NCBI GenBank assembly: GCA_965113315.1
Contig: OZ220364.1
Origin: Podarcis vaucheri
Taxonomy: Eukaryota
Reading direction: 5' to 3' (one strand)
Length of the DNA stretch: 64,000 bases
Shown here: one piece after another, positions 53,001 to 64,000 of the stretch
Position numbering within the stretch: position 1 is the stretch's first letter
Layout: each line of letters opens with the position of its first letter
Translations under genes and position numbers: made by a program
The notes under the pieces: model-generated
Database searches by the model: none
The model's input: the letters and a program-made list of their open reading frames with translations, nothing else
What the model was told of the DNA's origin: nothing

Positions 53001-54677
53001 GGCCATATCTGCACTACAGATTTCACCCTCTCTGACAGTCGTCATTTGCTCTTCCTAGGTAAGCCTGGGAACTGTACTTCTGAGGTGACGACTAGGTATA
53101 GCTCTAACAGAGAATTCGCCATAATTTCACCCAACTATATTTTCCAGGACTCTTTGGAAGAAGATATCACTTTTAAACTAGCACGATGAAATCACTATTA
53201 GTTTCTAATGGAAATATGTACCATGTGTAGAAGCTTCCCACTCAACACTTCCCAATGAGGGATTATTTTAGATGCTTGATCCCACCTCCACAACTGTTGT
53301 TGCAGCTAAGGGGGCGAAAATCCTTGCAAGATGCATATTTTGTTATTTCCCTGCTTCATAACAAATCTGGGGCATCATGGATACATCTATGCTACACTTC
53401 CCCATGCCCCACTGTATCGTATAGTAATATCCTAGTCAGCCTCTAAATTCTATAGGTCTGCTGAATTAATTTGTAAGGGGGGAAAAAGACAAAAGGGAGG
53501 GGGAGGGAATCAAAAGGGAGCTTATGATCAGCAACTGCCAAACAAACTTAGATCAGTTATCAGTATCCCAAGTGTCTCATGCCATGTAGCTGTGCAAACT
53601 AAATCTACACAAAGTTTTAAGAATCATTTTGCCCCCCCCCCGCTCCTTTCAAAATGGTTGCCTGCTCATTTCATCAGATGTTCTTTCGTCCTTGTATTCT
53701 CAGTTTCGTGCCCTTATGCCCACCTGTCACATTTCCCCCTACTCCCACCTTTTAAAAATGGGAATGTAAGCCCTTTTGTGCTCATAGCCATCCTTACGAT
53801 GGCACTTCTCTGCTGTTTTCACATCAGAGCCTGGCTAATAATGGAACACTGGATCAGAATGCAGCTGTGAAGGCAGCCCAAGCAGCATTGCTAAGCAAAG
53901 CCTAGAACAAGCCTGCATTGTCTGTGACAGAAAATAGCAGAAAATTTTGCTTTCCCTTCCCATTTCACACTATACAGAGGCCGGGCAGCTGGCAAAATTC
54001 TGAACTGGATGTAGGAAAAAGGACACGACAGAACAACAGATGTATGAGAAGGAATTCAGAATTTTAATAGTGACTTCATCCCTGTTGTAGGGGAGGGAAG
54101 GGGGTGGGGAAATCAAAAATAGAAGGATGACTGTAGAGAACTTGAGCTTCTCCACAGTTCACAAAATTGAGCTTATGGACGATATACTCTGAAAGCATAT
54201 GGAATAGTCCTGAATGCCTAAAAACACCAGGGCAGGCATTGAAGCAGGGATTTAGCAAGTCTTGCTTAGGAGGCCTTGTGTTTATGAAAACATTGCAACC
54301 TTAACAAAACAATAATACTAACTATGGAGTAAGCCCTACTTTACAAAGGGCTTACTTCTGAGTAAATGCATAGATTTGTTCTGTAAAAGATTACATCTAG
54401 CAGCGAGAGTAAAGCTATGTCTTAGGAACAGGTGGCATACAAAACTAGTATGTCCATGAATAAAGTCAATGAGATTCTACAACAATTATGAAGAGACAGG
54501 TGTCCCAGCAGAACAAAGGGTGTGTGTGTGAAATATAGCAGCAGCAGATGGCTACACAAGGATGTCTGGCATGGAAGACAAGCACTGTGCTTAGGTTTTA
54601 TTCACAAACTATGGGTAATCTTTTAACTTACTGGGCTGTATTCAATTGCAGCATCCAATCAGATCAAGGATTTCCAG

Positions 54678-54970
54678 ATCAGCTTGCCAGTTGGAACAAT
54701 CCCCCCTCCCACCGTGTTGTTCTGGGGGGACCTCCTGCCTCCCAAGACCCAAATTTTTGGGGGTGCAGGACGAGGAGATGGGGGGGAAAGCCCTGCTGTA
54801 AAGGCAGGGCTTCTACTGATAGGGTTTATTAAATGAATCCCACCCATTCAGAGTAAGTGGCTTGTGGACTACAGTCAGTGAGTACCTGACAGGGTATATA
54901 AAAAAGGACCAACCCTTTCGTAAGGTCACCAGACCTATTACCTCATTTTCTTTTGTGCTGAAAAACACAG
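54678..54970 (+). repeat. Copy 1 of ~295-bp dispersed direct duplication
   Basis: Aligns by eye end to end with 58248-58545, with two short indels. Confidence 0.92.
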
Positions 54971-54995
54971 ATTTGCATCTGGATATGCTCAGAGT

Positions 54996-55112
54996 ATATC
55001 TTAAAAAGCAGAGACATCACCTTGCCAACAAAGGTCCGTATAGTTAAAGCCATGGCTTTCCCAGTAGTGATGTATGGAAGTGAGAGCTGGACCATAAAGA
55101 AGGCTGATCGCC
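54996..55112 (+). mobile_element. Internal BovB fragment lacking the 3' end
   Basis: LKSRDITLPTKVRIVKAMAFPVVMYGSESWTIKKADR. Confidence 0.88.
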
Positions 55113-55379
55113 TATGTGAAACTGGAAAACTGAACAAATCAGTTAGGACTTATTTCATATTGTTGAGTGTTGGCAAGTGTTTAAGCCATGAGCACTGTGT
55201 GTTAAAATGACATTGAGATTAAGCAGCTAGAAAACAGATGCAACAAAAATTGGCTGTTCATGAATGGCTAATCTAATGAAAATTCAAGTTAAATATGAAC
55301 TGATATAACAGAACCACCTGAAGCGTGAATGGCACTTGCGAACCATCTCATGACCATCTCATCTTTGATTCTATAGGAG

Positions 55380-55470
55380 TGCTCTGATGGTGTTTCCTGC
55401 TTGGCAGGGGGTTGGACTCGATGGCCCTTGTGGTCTCTTCCAACTCTATGATTCTATGATTCTATGATTC
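55380..55470 (+). mobile_element. CR1 3' end
   Basis: GGGGTTGGACT.GATG...TTCCAACTCTATG followed by (ATTCTATG)n tail. Confidence 0.88.
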
Positions 55471-58247
55471 ATGACTGCAAGTCATATAACAAATGTCATT
55501 TTTTAAAATATAAAAATAGTAGGAATGTGATCAATAGCACCCAGAAAGCAAGGACATCCAGTGAGAACACTGAGATGGCACAGGAGTTCAACAGAGGCAA
55601 TGAGGTTTTGAACTTCAATTAAAGAGAAAGAACATCACAAAATTGGCATGCTGAACTTTTTTTGTTGGTCTCCTTTTAAAAGACTATTATCATTTGAACA
55701 GCTATCTCCTTTTAAGTTTTGAGCCCATAAGTTTAGATGAGAACGAAGCACAAATCATAAAGCAGTACAGCAAAGAAAGTTTCTGAGGACAAGCCTGAGT
55801 AGAAACATGTTACACATAAAATGGCTGTACGGTTACAGTGAAATGGTTGTTGTGATTGTTTCCCCTGAAAGGCTTTCTTAAGTCATGAAAAGCAACTATC
55901 CATTGCATCATGTTATGCAGAGAACCAGAAGGGCAAAGAAAGAGGCCATTTAATCTGTTCTTTGCCAACTAATTGCCTATTCAGGATTTGCAAGGAAAGG
56001 GCTCAACAACCGCTTCTCCCACTCTGCTTGCCCCCTCCTGTTTGAAGCCACCTATATCTCTATCTACTTTACATGGCAAAAGAGAGCTTTAAGGAGAACA
56101 AGGAAGGAAAAATGAGGATGTTAGAGGGTAGTAGTAATGGCTTGAACCTAATGGAACCGGCCACTCAAATCTTAGAACTCAATGGGTGCCACTTGGTGCA
56201 AGACAGAAATTTTAAAGTGCAAACAGGCTGTATCAGCCCAGAAGAAAAAGGTATCTGGTGTATAAAAATAGCAAAACAAACAAACAAACAAACCTAGCAC
56301 AAGCATATTACCAATTACCTTATAGATCTGCCACATTATAAAAAGAGACTTCTAAATCAGTATATAATCTTTAGCAATGTCTGGGAGAGCTTGCTTTAAA
56401 TGAGGTGGCTCCTCAAAGTAAAATTGGTAGAGCAGAGTGCAGTGTGATACCTCCAGACTCTGAAGAAAAAAGGAGAAAGACACCAGAAACACAGAGAGGG
56501 AGGATAAAGCGTAGGTCACTACAGAACATAGAAAAATGAGACAATTCTTATTTGGTGCAAAGCAGCAGACACACGAGAACAAAATCTGTCAGGTGCTGTT
56601 GAGTATTTATGGAGCAATGGCTTAAAATATATTTTGAGAGAGGGTCTGTTATTTTTCACAATTTGTGTGGGCAGTTTCACTTATGTTGGCTGATACCTGA
56701 GAACACACGTGAAGGAAAATGAGAAGACAAGGTCTATATCATGCAGGGAGCAGACTGCTAAACAGTGACATGTGAGAAGGCCAGGAAAAGGCAAGTGAGG
56801 GATGCTCCAGACAATGGCAAGCTGGTTGAAGGATGCACAGAATATGGAAATATGACTCTGGTTTTCAAAACAGGAAGAAGAATTGAACGGATGCCTTGGA
56901 AATCTTTTTAATGCTGGGATGTGTCCAAGTCTCAATTTCCCCACACATACCAACAGGATAAATCGTTCTTTTTTGCAACGTTGATGGTCAGTTTCTTGGG
57001 GGGGGGGGGAGATGAAATGTGTTTCCTATTAGAAACCTGATGTTACACAGAAAGAGGGGGGAAATGATATTTCACTGGAAGTAAAGTAAGGGAAGAATAC
57101 GCAAGAATGTTCAAATTAGCTGAAGTTGTGTTGTAACTTATTGGGATAGTTTGCTTAACAGCACCAAACAAAACAAATGTCTCCTCTCCCACCTACACCT
57201 CAACCCACCCAGGCCAAAGTGAGCTCATGGAACTCCACTTATCTGCAACACCTATCATCATTCAAAAAATAAAAACATTTATCCAGTGAAATCTGGTCAT
57301 AGTACAGACTTATGCATTCCAGTAAAAAGAATATTGGAATACTCAGGAAGGACATAAAGGGCTATCTGCTCCTCACATTTGCTTATGACAGCTGATCAAA
57401 CAAAACACTTGGCAGTATGAGGAACGAAAAGAGATCAGATAAATTCAGAGGGGAAATATTTGTTCTGTATAAATACCAAGGCAAGACAAGGCAAGACAAA
57501 TGAAGAAAAAAGTGGGACAAAGAACACCATGGTTCTTCTCCAACAGTTCTCAACATTTGGGACCTCAGGATCAATTGGGTCCATCGTCATTCACGAAAAG
57601 AGCTGCACTTCAGAATGTTAGCTTCAGAATGCATATTTGGCTGGATTTATACAGTCGTTTCTAATTTACTCGTGTTGATTTTTGGCTATCACCACATGGT
57701 GGGAGCTACATGGAACTCGGTCTTCTGAAAAGATTTGACACAGACTGAATTCCTTGTTTTAAAATGGCTGCCCTGATGGAGGAGTTCAGGAGCCAAAGGC
57801 CTGTTAAATCCTCCCCAAAGAGCAAGTCCCACTTGAAGGTTGCTGTGGCGTGACGCAACCAGAGAGCAATTGGATAAATCCACCTTTTGGGTAACTCATG
57901 TTTGAGGTAAGACACATTAGCTAGGAAGTTCTGCCATCTATATAGTCTGTAAACTCGTAAGTTATTTGGTGGAAAGTAAAGCTCAAGCAATGCCTTAATT
58001 AATTCGATTTGGCTACAATCTTTCAAGGGAAGCATTCAGAAAGTTCTTTGAAGACTACAGCATCAGGGTCCTAATCACTGTAGCCTTATTATCTATTCAA
58101 TGGAGGACGTTATTTTCTTCTGGAGAGTGCTGATAAACGTCTGCAATTCTCAGAACATTTCCTCAGGAATTGTCCCTGGCAAAGTCAAGGAGACCACGGG
58201 TGGGATTCATTGTCACGCTGTTACAAATGTTCTGCCTACACAAGCAA

Positions 58248-58545
58248 ATCAGCTTGCCAGATGGAACAATCCCCCCACCTCCTACCGTGTTGTTCTGGGG
58301 GGCCCTCCTGCCTCCCAAGAACCAAATTTTGGGGGGGTGCAGGAGGAGGAGATGGGGGGAAAGCCCTGCTGTAAAGCAGAAGCCCTCCTGCAGGGCTTCC
58401 ACTGATAGGGTTTATTAGATGAATCCCACCCCTTCAGAGTAAGTGGCTTGTGGACTCCAGTCAGTGAGTACCTGAGAGGGTATATAAAGAAGGACCAACC
58501 TTTTCAAAAGGTCACCTCATTTTCTTTTGTACTGAAAAAGACACA
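58248..58545 (+). repeat. Copy 2 of ~295-bp dispersed direct duplication
   Basis: Partner of 54678-54970; the starts are 3570 bp apart. Confidence 0.92.
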
Positions 58546-59221
58546 ATTTCACAGATGGCCTCACAACAGCAGTCTGCAGTCATGGGAGTCAGGATTTGTT
58601 AAAAAATACATATTGTACAGGTTTTACTGTTATCCTCACAACACCCCTGTGAGGTAGGGTAGCTTTATAAATGCCATTTCATAAATTGTAAAGGGAGGAC
58701 AGGAGCGTTTCCCTCAACCCCCCCCCCCCGCCTTCCCATCCAATTAAGTGGCAATATTCAGGAAGATCTCACTCCTTCCAGAGTCGTGTTCAAATTCACC
58801 AGTCTCGTTTGTTTGGCAGAGGCATATTGTGTCTTAGCATTGCTGTACAAACAGAGCATCATGCAAGGAGAGTAGCATGAGATAGTCAATCACAATAGAA
58901 TAGCAAAACTCTCTTTGTACCAGAAAACAGCCCCTGCAGCTTATCACGAGTGCGGCAACTGCTTGGCTGCTGGCAGCCCATTTCTGAAAGGAAGTATAAA
59001 GCGTGGCTTCTCAAACCTGGAATGTTCGATGTTTAAGGCAAAGCACAACAGGAAATGAAATAATGATCAAACATGACAGAAATAGTCCCTACAGGCAATA
59101 ATAAATATATAAGGAAGCTGACAGCAGAACGTCTCTCTTTTCCCTACTCCTGAGGCTTTACAGAACTCTCTCGAACATGGCTGGGACAAGGAGCCCACCA
59201 CTTACAACCAGTAACAGCAGT

Positions 59222-59335
59222 CTATATCTCCATATCCACGGGTCTGATATTACCGGTTTTGTGTTCTTTTACCCACAGTTCCCTGTCTTTGGCTGGATCC
59301 ACTTTCTGAAGCAACTGATCCACGGGTTCTACTGT
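59222..59335 (-). CDS. GAS7: GAS7 terminal coding exon (TVEPVDQLLQKVDPAKDRELWVKEHKTGNIRPVDMEI*)
   Basis: 114 nt ending in TAG. Confidence 0.95.
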   Translation of the reverse strand, partial: TVEPVDQLLQKVDPAKDRELWVKEHKTGNIRPVDMEI

Positions 59336-59721
59336 CTGAAAGACACAGAAACAACAGCAGTGTTACCATAAGAGCACATAGGAATGCCTAATGAGACCCC
59401 CTAGCAAAACTGAACCACTTCTCCACCTCCTTCTCCCAGTTCTTCAGATTTGTTTCCTCACTGTGTTCAGACAACATTTCCAATTAGGCCTTGAGCTATT
59501 CCAAGGATACCATTTTGAAAGAAGAGCAGACCACAGATATTACATCAAGGAGGCCAATGCGTTTTAATCGTTTGTTTTTTCAAGTCAGCTGTGGTACTTA
59601 TGCCGTTGTCTACACTGGAGGGCAAGAGTTTGGCGGGCTCAGTGCAACTCTAAAGCTCTAAGGTTTACAAGGGCCTGCTGAAATACTGTTTCAGAAAGGA
59701 GAAAAGGCCAAGCAAACTCAC

Positions 59722-59820
59722 GCTTTGGTTGAACATATCTGTCTCGTGCCGCAACTGTGTATATTGACAAAGGTGCTGCCGAATCATCTCCACTCTCTCC
59801 ACCTCTAGCCTCTCAAGCTC
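59722..59820 (-). CDS. GAS7: GAS7 exon (ELERLEVERVEMIRQHLCQYTQLRHETDMFNQS)
   Basis: 99 nt, tttcag acceptor, gtgagt donor. Confidence 0.95.
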
Positions 59821-60324
59821 CTGAAAGGAAACAATAAAAGATTTTCATTAAAAGATGGGGGATAAGGCAGTATACTTGAACATCAAATGAAAGGTGAGAT
59901 TGCTTTATGTGAATTTCTTAGTGACTAAGAACTTCACTATTGTTCTCTAAAGAATCCATCTGAAATGAAAACATGGATCAAACAAGAGCTGAAGCAGATG
60001 TGGGCTTTACCTGCTACCACAGCTCCTACTATGAATACCCAATCGATAGTCTCTAATGAGCCCTCTCAGAATGTAGGGGCCACTGTAACGATGCACAGAC
60101 CAGGAAAACTGTTGCGTACACAATGTATGCTGAATTTGCCAAGATAGCCTTTTAAGGTTTAATGTTTTACTATGTTTTAATATATGCTGGAAGCCGTCCA
60201 GAGTTGGACCTGAGAATGTTGTGGCAAGATCAGGCATGGGCTGAACTTTTGATAACGTTTACCAGATGGGCACTTATCACTGAAGTTTTGCAAACATAAC
60301 ATGGAGAGACCCAACATGACATAC

Positions 60325-60404
60325 CAGAGAGGTGGTCACCATTTCTTCAAACCACTTTGACTGGGCTTGATTATACAGATCCACACAGCGCATGAGGTCA
60401 TCTC
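60325..60404 (-). CDS. GAS7: GAS7 exon (GDDLMRCVDLYNQAQSKWFEEMVTTSL)
   Basis: 80 nt, ttgcag acceptor, gtatgt donor. Confidence 0.95.
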
Positions 60405-62155
60405 CTGCAACACACAAAGCAAAGCAAAGAACAGTGAGTAACTTTTTTTTGCAAGCCCACTCACTCGCCCTAAAGGGTACTTAGAAGTGAAAGTGCAGTT
60501 ATCTACAAGTTTCTACATGCAAGGTGTTAAGAACGAAGAGAATGTAGTGTAGCTAAATCAAACCCATTAGGAGAGAAGTGAGTGGTGATCTCTCCATCCT
60601 TATTAATAGGAGTGAAACACAGTTCTCAAACAAATACCGCGGGCTCATCCAGCTGGACAGCATGCCTCACAATGGAGCATGTTTGTAAGACAAACACTGA
60701 GAAACAAACCAGTCCATTGATTTCCTACCTCCCAGGTGTGTCCTCCTCTCCCTTCAAGGAAATCTCCCCAAGTCTCCCTGGCCACTGAGGCCAAGAGTCA
60801 TCAAAATATTCAGAAACTGTGTCATGGAACAAAGGGAAAAATAGTGTTTCCCACTTCTTGAAATTTCAATTTCATTGGACTGAGAAACAAAAGTACAGTT
60901 CAGTGAGGAAACAAAATGGAGTTTTTGCCCCAAGCTTTGGATATTTATTTGCTATGTCAAATGGGCAATCCATGCTTGTTTTATGGCTTCCCTTTGTTAA
61001 ACTCCCTTTCCTGGTCAGGAGTAGCTGTCAGGGAGCACCATATACCTGATCTCCTTGCAGCAGAATTGCTGCCATGTACCAGAATGGTGCGGAGGTGCAG
61101 CAGGGCAGCAATGATGTCATATGAGCAGAGCCAATCAAGCGCCCCTGCCTAGCCCTCACTGCTACCCTCACGTTGCAGCATACTGGAAAGCAGCAGGAAA
61201 GGCTGCTCCTCTTATCAGTTTCAGCATGGATCATTCTAATGCTGCTACTACCTGAGACCCCAAATATTGTTTTCGAGTAGAACAAATGCAGAAGCAGACC
61301 CAGGCTAATGCTGTTTTTAAATCATATGATTTTTTTAAACAAGGTTTTTGAGTCAAGTAGTAGTGAATATCTCTCCTGCCATCTAGTGTACAAATCAGAG
61401 AGTATGTATTTTATAAAATGCAATTTACATGGAATCACGAAGTGTTGAATGTAGAGAGCACCTCCAGCACTACTTTCTGCTAGTCACATATTTAATACAA
61501 GGAAACATAGAGGAAATGGACAAATTTAATCACAGAACGTCACATCACTGAACTAACCAGCTTCAAGGAGTGTTGACAATTTGATATACTAAACTCCTGT
61601 CTGACTCTTCCAGCATTACAAAGACCTGCATAATTGGTCACTTTTCCTTAATTGCTCTACATACTTTTCCTCCTCTTGTCTTTCAGATGTATGTTGTGGG
61701 GGGGGGGGGGGCGTGGAAGAAGCTAAATCCTGGAACTTATCAATAGCACCTAAACTTTGGGGTGTCTGTAGTAAATATTTGCGATATAACCAGAAGGAAG
61801 GAACTGTTATGAATTCAGTCCTGATCAACACCAAATGTTAAGATTGGGGGAGTTAGTCAGCCTTCCTCAACCTAGTGTCCATCAGATGCTGTTGGAACAC
61901 AACTGTTGTCATCCTTGGCTATTAGCCATTCTGGCTAGGACTGATGGAAGTTGTAGTCCAACAACATCTGAAGGGCATCACATTGGGGAAGTGGAGTGAG
62001 CCAGTCAGCATTTGTGCTCTCTTTATCCTCTCACAAAACAGTGCTTCCCGAACTTAAGTTTTCTCGTTAGCTAAAACAGCAGGGACTTTCTTCCACCTAA
62101 CTTTCTTTTTACACCACTGTTCCTTGTCTTCTTAACACACGTTATCCTCACTCAC

Positions 62156-62279
62156 CAGCTTGGGTGGACTTCCGCCTAGCCTTCTTAATTTCCTCTTCTG
62201 TCTTGTTGCTGAGTTTTATCTCCAGCTGCTGTGTTTTCATCTCTAAATCCTTTTGCCTCTCCGATAATGCTTTTCGGGC
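62156..62279 (-). CDS. GAS7: GAS7 exon (ARKALSERQKDLEMKTQQLEIKLSNKTEEEIKKARRKSTQA)
   Basis: 124 nt, ttcaag acceptor, gtgagt donor. Confidence 0.95.
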
Positions 62280-62792
62280 CTTGAAACAAAAAGAAATGAC
62301 CATGAATTCCTCCTCAGCAGAAAAACAATACCCATTTGCCTCCTCTTTCTCATATCCCTCCCCTCCTTTCAGAATTAATCACTGAAATATGGAACATATG
62401 CCCTTGTTGGAGGCCATGAACCTGGAACATGAACCATGAGACACAGAGATTCTTCCTCTTCTGTGTGATAGTTTTAGCACCACAGAGAAGATTAAAGGTG
62501 CTCTTCAGAGTAGTTCTTCAGATGCGGCAACTATTAAATCATTAGGAATGCTGGAGCAAAGAACATTTAATAATATTAATATCAACACTATGTTTGTCTG
62601 AGAGGTCAGCTACTTTGGCTTAATATAGGGCATGCTAAAAAGTTGCTGCATGAACTACATGCACTTGTTTCTTCAAACCAAAATAGATTTGGCCGGGGAA
62701 GAAACATAAGCTATTGCCGTCTGTTTCTGAAGGTGGAATTGCCAAGTTATCCCTAACCTTCAGGCAGCCCACTGACCCCCTCAAATGAACTC

Positions 62793-63042
62793 ATGGTGTA
62801 GTGGTTAAGAGCGGTAGTCTCGTAATCTGGGTAACCGGGTTCGATTCCCCGCTCCTCCACATGCAGCTGCTGGGTGATCTTGGGCCAGTCACACTTCTCT
62901 GAAGTCTCTCAGCCCCACTCACCTCACAGAGTGTTTGTTGTGGGGGAGGAAGGGAAAGGAGAATGTTAGCCGCTTTGAGACTCCTTAAAAGGGAGTGAAA
63001 CGCGGGATATCAAATCCAAACTCTTCTTCTTCTTCTTCTTCT
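62793..63042 (+). mobile_element. tRNA-derived SINE, Squam3-like
   Basis: A box TGGTGTAGTGGTT, B box GGGTTCGATTCCC, L2-like 3' end and (CTT)n tail; CpGs retained, so young. Confidence 0.88.
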
Positions 63043-63054
63043 GCTTTGACTTAC

Positions 63055-63183
63055 CTTTTCCACCGATGCATACCGGCTAACCAGCTGCTTCCTCAGATCA
63101 GCAATGTGATGGTCATACTTCTTCATGTCTTTCTTGAAGTTTTCTCGGAAGTTGAGAAGGGGTTTCTCCACCTCTGCCTGGAG
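63055..63183 (-). CDS. GAS7: GAS7 exon (LQAEVEKPLLNFRENFKKDMKKYDHHIADLRKQLVSRYASVEK)
   Basis: 129 nt, tttcag acceptor, gtaagt donor. Confidence 0.95.
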
Positions 63184-64000
63184 CTGAAACAAAAGGCAAG
63201 GGAAATTTGGTTGAGGAAGGACTAACGGCTGATAATTGATACACCTCTATTTTGACCACAATTCTTTCAACATAGGAAACTCCCAGTTTGCGTAGTGTGG
63301 GTGACACACTCTATTTTTATTTTTTTGTCCGTTCATTCATTCAAGTTAAATCCCACCCATCCTTCTGAAGGAGTCCATGCTGGCCATCCATAATGGAACA
63401 ATTTAGAAAAAAATATTAAAAACCCAATTACAATTAAAAATATTTTCTTATCCGCAGCATCTGGTGATTCCAGGATGCCAGGAGCACTATACTTCAGACA
63501 TCAATTGGAATAGTAACAGCACCGGGGCAGAAAGTATTTTTAGCCCTGTCTCCAAGTTCTGTATTCCTGATTGAAATCTCCTCCTTGAAACTGCTCTTAT
63601 CCCCCCTCAGAGAAAAAGACAGATGCTTGTAACAGTATTGTATTTCCCCCAACAGGACTAGCAAGTGCAGGTGGGGTGGGGGTGGGGAATTCAAAAAATA
63701 AGGTGTTAAATAGCCTTTCCCCTCAGCAACGGTGTGCCAGCCAAAATGCTGCACATCCCAATTTAACAGAGAGAAAAGAGCTGGGAGATTTGACCATGCA
63801 TTTCCCGGTCACATCTGTTTTGGCTCTCAAACACAACAACATCAGTACTGTCCGCAAAGCAGACCTATTCTGTCTCAACCAACTGCAGGAACGAAAAAGG
63901 CAATCAGGGGAAGGACATTTCCACCCCAAGTCATGACTTAGATGCATGTGTACTACATAACCAGCCAAACACTGACTCAGTGTATATTTCAACATGTCTG

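Larger units (their letters stand above)
59222..63183 (-). other. GAS7: Growth arrest-specific 7 (F-BAR protein), 3' part of gene: last five coding exons
   Basis: Joined translation LQAEVEKPLLNFRENFKKDMKK...KTGNIRPVDMEI* is near-identical to the vertebrate GAS7 C-terminus. Confidence 0.96.

Noticed and set aside
62473-62493. REST/NRSE-like TTTAGCACCACAGAGAAG in a GAS7 intron
   Set aside because: Right half-site (GGACAG) is not matched; too weak to call.
62793-62860. tRNA gene
   Set aside because: A and B boxes belong to a SINE head; no complete acceptor stem, and it continues into SINE body and tail.
63010-63054. Poly-Arg C-terminus in the ORF track (VSQSRRRRRRRVWI)
   Set aside because: Read-through of the GAS7 donor into the SINE (CTT)n tail.

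Overview
Eukaryotic genomic DNA from a squamate reptile, most likely a lacertid lizard (BovB/RTE, CR1, L1, a Squam3-type SINE and CAGTGGTACCTC-TIR MITEs). The window is the conserved GSG1L2-GLP2R-(RCVRN)-GAS7 block. It holds the first coding exon of GSG1L2 in a CpG island (minus, 4535-4832) and a complete 13-exon GLP2R (plus, 12152-40881, 522 aa; every exon has GT-AG sites and consistent phases). It also holds the last five coding exons of GAS7 (minus, 59222-63183), probably followed by a very long 3' UTR. I find no intact recoverin (RCVRN) in the slot it occupies in mammals. The most unusual object is an 836-bp non-autonomous hAT element in GLP2R intron 9 (perfect 15-bp TIRs, perfect 8-bp TSD). 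Its interior looks like a captured CpG-island promoter with a first exon and splice donor (Pack-type element). Other oddities are a solo LTR with a pre-miRNA-like hairpin, a ~295-bp local duplication abutting an internal BovB fragment, a SINE (GAA)n tail 12 nt from a GAS7 donor, and several lineage-specific changes in GLP2R. Almost all ORFs in the supplied track are spurious. All comparisons to orthologues and repeat families are from memory, not from a search.
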